Below are positions 24,029 through 32,908 of a stretch of DNA of 40,313 nucleotides, one piece after another. Below the pieces are notes generated by a model. It made no database searches. It saw nothing but the letters and a program-made list of their open reading frames with translations, and was not told where the DNA came from. A program made the translations under genes and the position numbers. The stretch is from Neophaeotheca triangularis. Its lineage: Eukaryota. The stretch covers positions 124,001 through 164,313 of the forward strand of contig BAAIJX010000050.1 of NCBI GenBank assembly GCA_054600435.1, read 5' to 3'. The stretch's first letter is position 1. Every line of letters starts with the position of its first letter.

Positions 24029-24400
24029 AAGCTTCATATTGATGTTTACGTATATCACCAAGACGTTTAGGGCACGTATTTCAGTCATCTCTCGGCCTTG
24101 AAAGCGTCCAGGACCAACAGTTCGGGACAATTGCCGACATATGTATTCCCTTCACGCTGCTACATCTTCGTCAACGGCATCCACGCCCATTTTCTCGCTC
24201 TTCCGGCCTCTCCCAGAAACATTTCTCGTCCAAGAACTCTGCTGCCACGTCGATGCAATCTCGAAAACTCCCCACAGATGACATGAGCGATTTGCAAGTA
24301 CGACGCTCTGCCCCGGAGCACTAAACCTTCAACGCCCATCTTCCTTTCACGTTATCATCCCAGGAAACTTCGAACTCTGAGTGTGCAGCCCTCAGAAGCT

Positions 24401-25821
24401 TCAATAGGATCTGGGCAGATCCAGCACTTTCTCGGCGATATAGTTGAGGCACATCTCCCTGCTAACAGGCGCCAGCCGCGGTATAATTACCTCTCGAAGA
24501 TACCGCTCAACATGATACCTGATCAACACAGTCAGCCATCCAAGCCCGCACCAAGTCAGCAACAAAACATCACTCACTCTTTAGCATAACCCATCCCCCC
24601 CATGGTGCAAACAGCCGTCTCACAAGCCTGAAAAGCATTCTCGCCCGCAAGATACTTGACAGCATTCGCGTACTCCCCCGTAGCGAAACCCTCATCCCAC
24701 ATCTTCGCAGCCTGCATAATCATCAACCGCGTGCTCTCAAGCTGACACCAAGCCCTAGCCAACGGATGCGCGATGCCCTGATTCATGCCAATCGGCCTGC
24801 CAAAAACCACACGCTCTCGAGCATACCGCGCCGCGACGCGGAGAGCCGCGTAGCCCAGTCCGACGGCTTCGCCGGATAACAAAATGCGTTCGGCGTTCAT
24901 GCCGTGCATGATCTGCTTGAAACCGTCGCCCTCGGCGCCTATTCGATCCGCGACGGGGACGCGCCAGCCGTCGAAATGCAGTTGATTCGTGTCCACGGCT
25001 GCGCGGCCCATTTTCTTGATTTCAGTGACGGAGACTTGGGAGCGGTCTAGGGTGGTGTAGAAGAGGGTTAGACCCTGGGAGGGCTTGGTGACTTGGTCTA
25101 GAGGTGTTGTGCGCACGAGTATTAGAATCTTTTCGGCTACTTGCGCCGTCGATGTCCAGATTTTGCTGCCTTTGAGAGTGTAGTGGTCTCCTTCGCGCAC
25201 AGCTTGCGATTGCAGTTTCAGCGTGTCGAGGCCAGTGTTGGGTTCTGTGACTGCGAAACACGATCGTTCTCTTCCTTCGATCAGAGGGACAAGGAAGCGT
25301 TCCCGTTGCTCTTCTGTGCCATATTTGACCACTGGTGCCAGACCGAATATGTTCATATGGACAGCGCTGCTCGCTGTGCCGCCGCCACCACTCTCAGAGA
25401 TTGTTTGCATCATTACTGTGGCTTCTGAGAGGCCTAGTTCGCTGCCGCCGTACGCTGAGGGCATCATGATGCCTAGCCATCCTGCTTTGGCGATGGCGTC
25501 GGAGAACTCACTGGGCCAGCGGGCTTGGTTGTCGATATCGAGCCAGTAAGAGTCTGGGAAGTTTGAGCAGATTTTGCCGATGCTTTCACGGACAGTGGCC
25601 TGTGTTTCACTGTAATCTGGAAAGATTGGAAGATATTCCGTTGCTTTCGGGATAGATGCGTTGGTATGTGATGCGTGGAAGGGAGCAATCTGCTGGCTAG
25701 GATTCCATCGTCGTGTGTAAGTCAACTTTAGCAAATCCAGATCCTCTTTTTTCGGTCCTGATATCAGTCTAGGTCGAATCCGAGGACGAACAATGTGGGT
25801 TCCAAGTCGTGTACTAGCCAT
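24401..25821 (-). CDS. Acyl-CoA dehydrogenase family protein, ~453 aa; exons 25821-24578, 24518-24401
   Basis: Motifs FAVTEPNTGLD, GSKIWTS, HGMNAERI, RVVFGRPIG and MGGMGYAKEYHVERYLRE (joined across GT-AG intron 24577-24519), ending in ...AEKVLDLPRSY. The N-terminus is Arg-rich and presequence-like. Confidence 0.95.
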
Positions 25822-25859
25822 AATAGCCTCCAAGATGACCTCCCCGGTCTGGAAATTGG

Positions 25860-25897
25860 AATCGTCAAGCTCCAATCGTCAAGCTCCAAACGTCAGC
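25860..25897. repeat. 14-bp tandem duplication (AATCGTCAAGCTCC x2 plus a degenerate third copy) in the shared ACAD/CoA-transferase upstream region
   Basis: Seen directly at 25860-25873 and 25874-25887, followed by AAACGTCAGC. Confidence 0.8.
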
Positions 25898-26231
25898 AAA
25901 CACGCTGCTTCACGTTCATAAATATCACAAAGTCGAATTAGAGCTCGTGGTGTACAGACTCCTGCGTTTCGAACCAGGAAACGGACATAACTACAGTACG
26001 ATCCTAATGAGCAGGTATCACAGGAGTCTTGACGATCAACATTGAAGAGGGGAACGAAGCGACCTCGGCGTGCTCCCCGCACCGTTTACGACACAGCTGC
26101 ATGTCTGCAACCTTCTACTGGTACAGGCGTACTCATAGTCAACAGTCAGTAAAGAGCAGTAGAGTACCTACCAAGAACTGTACAGTGATCAAACGCGAGC
26201 TTCCTCCAGGCAGCGGATTTTCAAACCCAAG

Positions 26232-27614
26232 ATGAACATGACCAGCCGCATCGCAAGCAGGCCATCCGGCAGCAGAACCACAACGAAGGCCTTGAACAAT
26301 AAAGCGATTGCTCGCCACTCTCTCCCGGGACTCGCCACCCTCCTTGGAAAACCTTCCCGACACCATCCCCACTCCACCAAACAACAACCCTCACAAGGCC
26401 CCCTCACCGGCATAAAAATCCTCGACTTCTCCCGCATCCTCGCCGGCCCCTTTTGCACTCAAATCCTCGCCGACTACGGCGCAACTGTGACCAAAATCGA
26501 GCAACCCCTCACGGGCGACGAGACTAGGTCCTGGCAGAACGCGGGCGAAAGCTCAGCTTGGAAACAACCCGCCACGGGGCCGATGAGTCTGTACTTCGCG
26601 GCCGTAAACCGGAATAAAAGGAGTTTGACGCTGGACTTGAAGAAGCGAGAAGCGTTGGAGGTGGTGTATCGGCTTGCGGCGGAGGCGGACGTGGTTGTGG
26701 AGAATTTTGTGCCCGGGGGAGCGGAGAGGTTGGGGGTCGGGTGGGAGGCGTTATCGCAGCGGAATCCGAGGTTGGTTTATGCTTCTATTTCCGGGTATGG
26801 GGCTCAGGGACCGTATGCTGGGAGGGCGGGCTATGATGCCATTGCCGCTGCCGAGGGGGGTCTGATGCATATTACGGGCCATCCTGAGGGTGGGCCCGTG
26901 AGGCCGGGGCTGGGCATGACGGATATGTCGACGGGGTTATTTACGCATGGGGCCATTATGGCGGCGCTTTGGAGTCGTGAACGGACGGGGCGGGGCCAGA
27001 AAATCGATGCGAGTTTGTTTGAGACGCAGTTGGCGCTTATGATTAATGTCGGTGCGAGTTGGCTGAATTTGGGGGTCGAGGGGAAGAGGTATGGCGCTGC
27101 GCATCCGAGTATTGTGCCCTACAATACTTGGCAGTGCATGGATGGGGTTTGGTTGGCGCTGGCGGCGAATAATGAGAGGCAGTTTCGCGTGCTTTGTGAG
27201 CGGATTGGGAGGCCGGAATTGATAGGCGATGAGCGGTTCACTACTAACGCATTGAGGGTAGAGAATCGAGTCGCTATGGATGATATCCTAGATGAGCTCT
27301 TTGGCAGCAAGACGTCCGAGGAATGGCTGAAGATTTTCGATGGCTCTGGCCTCGCTTGTGGTCCGGTCAATACCATCCAAAAAGCCTTCGAGCATCCGCA
27401 GGCTATGGCGAGAGATATGGTACGACCGATGGAGTGGGACGCGACTAGCAGCGGTCAGTGGAAAAGTATCGGCGTGCCAGTCAAGCTAAGTGACACAAAA
27501 GGAGATATCAGACAATATCCGCCACGGCTAGGTGAGCATACTGAACATGTACTGAGCGAGGCTGGGTACAGTACCGAAGAGATAGAGAAACTTCGGACAG
27601 CCGGGGCTATATAG
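26232..27614 (+). CDS. Family III CoA-transferase (CaiB/BaiF; SUGCT-like), intronless, 460 aa
   Basis: Motifs PLTGIKILDFSRILAGP, LADYGA, NRNKRSLTLDLK, DVVVENF, SISGYG, the catalytic Asp in RAGYD and PPRLGEHT. The basic N-terminal extension is presequence-like. Confidence 0.95.
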   Translation: MNMTSRIASRPSGSRTTTKALNNKAIARHSLPGLATLLGKPSRHHPHSTKQQPSQGPLTGIKILDFSRILAGPFCTQILADYGATVTKIEQPLTGDETRSWQNAGESSAWKQPATGPMSLYFAAVNRNKRSLTLDLKKREALEVVYRLAAEADVVVENFVPGGAERLGVGWEALSQRNPRLVYASISGYGAQGPYAGRAGYDAIAAAEGGLMHITGHPEGGPVRPGLGMTDMSTGLFTHGAIMAALWSRERTGRGQKIDASLFETQLALMINVGASWLNLGVEGKRYGAAHPSIVPYNTWQCMDGVWLALAANNERQFRVLCERIGRPELIGDERFTTNALRVENRVAMDDILDELFGSKTSEEWLKIFDGSGLACGPVNTIQKAFEHPQAMARDMVRPMEWDATSSGQWKSIGVPVKLSDTKGDIRQYPPRLGEHTEHVLSEAGYSTEEIEKLRTAGAI

Positions 27615-27981
27615 CACGCCCGGCCTTATCTCTTTCCCTAGCTCGGGTGCATTCCCCAGTGCTGTGGGGTGGCATGAAAGCCCCGCCGTATAGGCCCTCA
27701 CCAAGGTTCTGACGGCTGCAAGGCTATCCGAACGACTCCAGAAAGACTGCAATTAAGTGAGCAACACGGACAGAGGAAATCTGAAGCGAAACCACAAGGC
27801 CGGTGTTAGGGAAGTTGTTCAATGTCAGCACGGCTTTTCGTTCGGTAACGTGGGTATCATAGTCTATAGATGCTGGCCTGTGAGCTGTATCCATCTATAG
27901 TCGATATCGTCGGACGCAGTGCCAGAAGTGTTTAACCTTTCTTCGCTCCTCTGCAGGCCCTCTTACTAGAAAATGCCGATC

Positions 27982-29019
27982 TCAAGGGCGGGTCTCTGCG
28001 GCAGCACCGCCAGCATTGCCTACCGACTGCGGTGCCGAGTTGGCGTCTTCCTGTGTCCTTCCAAGAGGCAGGTCCGCGTTCAAAGCCGACTCCTGGCCGC
28101 TCAGCAGGGTGTGAACGGGTGCATTGAGCTTCTCCCTGCCCTTGAGGAAGTCAAGCTCCATGAGGAAAGAGAAGCCAAGGAGATCACCTCCAAGATCCTT
28201 GACCAGCTTGCCAGCCGCAGAAGCACTGCCGCCTATCGCACAACTGTTAGCCACCGTGATATCCTCTCCTCATCCAAAGCCAAAGCCAAACTCACCAGTA
28301 GCAATGATATCATCCACAATCACAACCTTCTGGCCCTTACGAATAGCATCCTTCTGAATCTGGAAGAAATCCTCGCCATATTCCTTTTTGAAACCCTCAG
28401 TAGCCACCTCACCGGGCAGCTTACCCTGCTTCCTGACCGGTACGAACGCCGCCCCGAGCCTCAACGCCAACGTAGGGCCGTACAAAAAGCCCCTACTTTC
28501 TAACCCAACGACCACATCCACCTTGCTCTGCTCGCCCGTCCCCGTGCCAAAAGCAGCATCAAACTGCAACTCCAGCGCGCGAATGAGGCTGTTGTGCAGC
28601 GTGTGCGAAGCGAAGAGGGGCATGATGTCCTCGAAGAGAATACCCTTGGAAGGGAAGTCTGGGAACTGGCGAAGGCCCTTTTTGAGGGTAACCTTCAGCC
28701 TGCTCAGCTCGTCTACCGCGCCGGGCTGTTGGGCGGAACTGGCGGCAGAGGCGGCGGACTGTCCTGCTTCGGCGGCATGGTTGGCGCTGGGGTTGCTGGC
28801 TTGCGCGGCGTTGTCGAGGAGGGTTGCGTCGGCGTGCGTGCCCGTCTTGCCGGTCGGGGGGTGGAATTTGGGATGCGGTTCCGTCGTCGTCGGGTCGGGC
28901 TTCGTGTCGGGTGGGTGCGAGGCGGTGCTGGGCTTGTCGCTCTTTTGCGTGCTGGCGGAGGTGTTGTCGGGGTGGCCGTGGGGAGGGTGCGAATCGAAGG
29001 AGACGGGTGCGCCGGACAT
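27982..29019 (-). CDS. APT1: Adenine phosphoribosyltransferase, ~324 aa; exons 29019-28296, 28232-27982
   Basis: Motifs [29 protein letters not shown] and the PRPP-binding motif [12 protein letters not shown], which is restored across intron 28295-28233 (GTGAGT...GCTAAC...TAG). Confidence 0.95.
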
Positions 29020-30415
29020 GATGAAGGTCGTGGGGGGGGGTTAAATAGTTATTATATAGCTGTCTGTGTAAAGGTGGTGCGACTGGTTATCAAGATTATC
29101 GGAAGGGATTATTTTTCTGCGTCGCAGCACAAGCCAGCCAGGTCGACGTGTTGCCCGTTAGCAAGACAGCGCGGCGCGGAAGGTTACACGTGCTCGGTAT
29201 TGCGTGCGAATTGGTGCAGATGAATGTACGCAAGCTCCCTCCCGAAGCAGACAGACGATCGAGCAGGGTGGCAAGCGTCATCAGACGAGTTCTGATGTGA
29301 GGTTTGACGACCAATAGATTGAATCGACTGACGACTGATTACTGATTGCAAAGTGTTGAGCTGCTGCAGGCGTGAGCAGTGAACCTTCTTTGTCTGTCCC
29401 GCAATGTCGATATCGCATATATACGATAAGCCGATAAGCGGCGCCATAAAGAACTGCAGTCTTGTCTTGTACTCCTGGACATTATTGCTCCGATAGGATT
29501 AAGACCAATAGAACCCCAAAACCCCTCTCGCACGGCAACAGGCGAGACGCTGCAATGCAACATCCTCCGCTTGACAGAAGCTCAACAGACGCACATGTAG
29601 ACCTGCGCACAGCGATCCCCAAGCTTTGGAAGCTCTGCTCTGCAGTGTTACGGTATCAACGCCACTGCTGCTGGGCTTCAAATTGCGGTGAAACCTTTGC
29701 TTCGTTGATGGTCATTGATCATACGATCGAGCACTTCCATGCAGGGGGAAAACGCAATTCTTCTCCCACGTCGAATGACCTGCAATCTTCAGGCTGATGC
29801 AAAAGTGGCGTCGACTTCGGTCCTGCATACTCCACTTGAGCATCGCCGGGAATCATCCCGACATGCCATATCTTTCTCGCTCACGGCTCACCGCTCCTAC
29901 ATGGACTTTAAAACCATTAGACAGCAGTACACAGCAGCTCTTACCCAGCCTACCTACTTCTCTCGTTCAGCACAAAATAACGTCACCTGTGGGCTAATAC
30001 CAGCCCATCAAAGGCGGCGAGGAATGCTCCATTGATAGTCGATTGTCAGATCTCATTGATCAACAAAACTGACACTGAAATTGTCCCTCGGATACATGCA
30101 CAAGCAGTGTTCAAAGAAAGGAAGTTATCGCAGTGAAGATCTAGTACGTGACTGCTGCCGCATTGACTATGTCTCTGAATTAGCTCATCTTCCTACTCAA
30201 TTGCGACAGTCTTGCTTCATCTCAGCACTCCGAAGAGGTCGCTGATTATTATCAAAGAAAATCAGTGGCCTCCTAAAATGAATGCAATAGCCGTGTCTCA
30301 TCATCCAAGCTAGCTGTTGAAGCGTTCTGCGTGCGGCTGGGAGTTCCTAGCCCTAGAAAAGTGTGGTCGTTGAGTGTCCATGGCAGTGGAGATGGCTAGC
30401 TAAACTGCCCATGGA

Positions 30416-32053
30416 TTACCGGCCGAACTTCCTCAACTCGAGCCAACGAAGAGGCGGAAAAACAAGGCCAGCCCAGGCGAAACCAACGTAATTCCCCATC
30501 TACACACAGCAAATATTAGCAAGATTCAAGATAGCCGGGATCCGTCGCAATCCACTCACATCAGCCCCGTAATCCCCAACCAGCCCAGCCAAAGGCCCAA
30601 TATACCAAACCTGAGCCATGCACAAGATCGAGCCGATCCAGCCTACCAGAAAAGCAACGAGCGCAGCGATCCCAACAGGCAGTTTCGAGCGATCGTCCCA
30701 AGCGTCCCAATTCCAGCCTAGCTTCTTCCAACGGCGGAAGATGAGGTGCTCTTCCAGGCTGATGACCGCCCAACTGGAGACCCAGTACCCCATCAAGGCG
30801 AGGAAGTTGGTGAAGATGTCCGCCAAATTCGAGCGTCCGGCAATCGCACAGACCGTGTAGATGATGACGCCTATGGTGTTCCAGATTACTCGAGGTATCT
30901 TTTCGGGATATCGGCCTAGTACTTGGAAGTCCACTGAGGTGGAGTAGGTTGGGGGGATCATGTTGGCAATCAGTCCGAGGGCTATGACGACGCTGCAGAA
31001 GGAGCCAAAAGTGCCAATGGGGTTGAAGCCTTCCACTATGAGCGATCCCGGTGAGACGTTGTAGGCGTTTGACCAAGCTTGATTGTTGAGGATGCCAGAG
31101 CCGAGGCCAATGCCGACCATGAACGCGAAGGAGAAGCCTAAGCTCAAACCGATCATGGTGACCGTGAAGACTTTCCAGCGAGGCGTGTGTTCTGGGTAGT
31201 AGACAAAGTAGTCCGCTGCTCCGCCGGCCCAAGTGATGGCTGCCGCCAGACACAAACTGAAGAAGGAAAGGCGATTGCCGGCGATTGTTCTAGCAGTCTC
31301 CCCCTCTGAAGGTTTTGCGTCGAGATCAAAGTTTGGGCCTGCGACCCCTGCCAGGATAGCAAGTACTATCAGCTGCGGTAGCCAAGCGTAGCGCTCGTAG
31401 AGGTGGAAGATACTGTAGCCGAACGTCGTGATGACCCACGTGATGACAGCCACGATCACAATCCCCACAATGACGCTGAGGTCCCCGCTGACACTGACAG
31501 CGCTTATGATTTGTCCAGCTACCACCGCATCAATGAGAGCGTATCCAAGGAGAACGATGATGTTTAGGATGACAACCAGCTTGGCCGGCCACCAACCCAT
31601 AGTGTAGCGTGCAAACACCATACTCCTGTTGCCACTCCTAGGGCCAAAAGTCGCAATGTACGCAGGTACTAGGGACCCGACGAGCATCCCAAAGATGGCG
31701 CAGAGGCTGCTGTCCAGGAAGCTGAGGTAAAAGACTGCAGGCCCGAGCATTCCAAGGGTGACGTTGTTGGCAACGAGGTTGAAGCTGAACCACAAGACAC
31801 CGATCTGGGAGTAGCCTAGCTGGCTGAGGTCATGGCGTTCCTCTGGCAATACACGCTGGATGCCGCGTGCTTCGAGGTTGTACCGGATCAAGACGCGCTC
31901 AAAAGCTTGGAGGTTGCGTTTAAAGGCGCCGTCTGTCGATGCAGAGTTGTTGTTGACATCGTTGGAGGTTCTGACGGTAGGCGCCAGATTTGGCGCGCCT
32001 TTCTCGACATCACGGGTGCTCCGACGAGCGGGTTGCTGAGGTTGATCCTCCAT
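30416..32053 (-). CDS. NCS1-family purine-cytosine permease-like transporter (Fcy2/Tpn1 type), ~525 aa; coding exons 32053-30560, 30499-30416; predicted thiamine/HMP-related substrate
   Basis: Motifs EARGIQRVLPEER, WFSFNL, GPRSGNRSMVFARYTMGWW, HLYERYAW, AADYFVYYP, NFLALMGYW and MAQVWYIGP, ending in PPLRWLELRKFGR after intron 30559-30500. The substrate is an inference from the riboswitch in its leader. Confidence 0.95.
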
Positions 32054-32059
32054 GGTCAC

Positions 32060-32326
32060 CTGTGAGTAGCATCAGCAAAAGTATCAACTTGTCAGGGGAG
32101 CATGATCCTTTCGCCGGCATTGTCCGGTGCAAGTTCAAGAAAGCCGTATAATCTCAGCAAGACCTTCCAGTGCTGCGCCTTCTCCGGACGATACCTAGTC
32201 TTGGGTGGAAGGGCGCAGTCAACTGGTTGAGATCGAGCACCGGCTCATGCATATACGTCTCAAGAATACCTTGACCTCTAGACATGATCCTGCCAGCTGT
32301 CATCTTTGCTGCCTGGGAAAGCGTAC
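32060..32326 (-). other. 5'-UTR intron of the NCS1 permease with two candidate 5' splice sites (GTACGC at 32326, AAG|GTATTC at 32269) and one 3' splice site (CACAG ending at 32060)
   Basis: A TTTTGCTGAT branch point and CACAG| acceptor lie 6 nt upstream of the main ATG. Two same-frame upstream ATGs (32303, 32285) sit between the two donors. Confidence 0.75.
32100..32250 (-). ncRNA. TPP (thiamine pyrophosphate) riboswitch aptamer, fungal intronic type (cis-regulatory RNA)
   Basis: The minus strand reads GCAUGA-GCCGGUGC...(long P3)...GCUGAGAUUAUACGGC-UUUCUUGAA-CUU-GCA-CCGG-ACAAUG-CCGG-CGA-AAG-GA-UCAUGC. Pairings seen by eye are P1 GCAUGA/UCAUGC, P2 GCCG/CGGC, P3 including CUGCGCC/GGCGCAG and CCAGU/ACUGG, P4 CUU/AAG and P5 CCGG/CCGG. 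The hallmark CUGAGA, AUAC and GCGAAAGGA elements are present. Confidence 0.92.
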
Positions 32327-32470
32327 TGTCGTGGAGAGGTTCTAGTGGAGGGTGTCAGTGTGAGTCTTGAGTTACGACGGGTCACTCTGAAAGGTGGGAC
32401 GCTGTTGCCAGCCTACCTGAGCCGAGTACTAGCGCTGTTCGGATTGGAAAGGTTGCTTTGGACAAGCACA

Positions 32471-32550
32471 GTGAGGTCCACGGGTGTACAGTGAGGTTTA
32501 CGGGTGTGTGGTGACGTTCCTGGGTGTGTAGTGAGGTCCGCTGGTGCATG
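32471..32550. repeat. Four-copy 20-bp imperfect tandem repeat (GTGAGGTYYNYGGGTGT-like) in the divergent promoter
   Basis: Units are gtgaggtccacgggtgtaca / gtgaggtttacgggtgtgtg / gtgacgttcctgggtgtgta / gtgaggtccgctggtgcatg. Confidence 0.85.
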
Positions 32551-32908
32551 CGATGATATCGTTGAGAGCCGCAAATACAGGGGCTTGGCATACACGTGCA
32601 GAAATGGTAATATTTGAAGGGGGTGTAACCGTCGGGTGTATCGGATATCGCTGCCCATAGCTCTCGAGCTCTCCTGAAGTGGCTAGTGTAGTACTCCCCG
32701 CCCGTGAGTTACATACTTACCACGCAAGTAAACTTGTAATCATCATCCCTTCTTACCTACCTATACTCCGCTCACAAAACCCGTACAACGCGCTTTATCG
32801 TGCATATCGACGCGTGGATCGACGTCTCTTCTTGAATGGTTCTATGAACGGGAATCACGACACACGCTTCCAATCAACGGCACGTTCGGCGGGAAATCCC
32901 TAGTCAAG

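Noticed and set aside
22241..26068. CCTCGG/CCGAGG (FarA/Ctf1-type) hexamers at 22241, 22613 and 26063, upstream of the CoA-related genes
   Set aside because: Biologically fitting, but a 6-mer occurs by chance about every 2 kb and copies are also found elsewhere (e.g. near 2147). Not supportable without conservation data.
32471..32550. 20-bp repeat array read as a CRISPR-like array
   Set aside because: The units are contiguous with no unique spacers, the context is eukaryotic and there are no cas genes.
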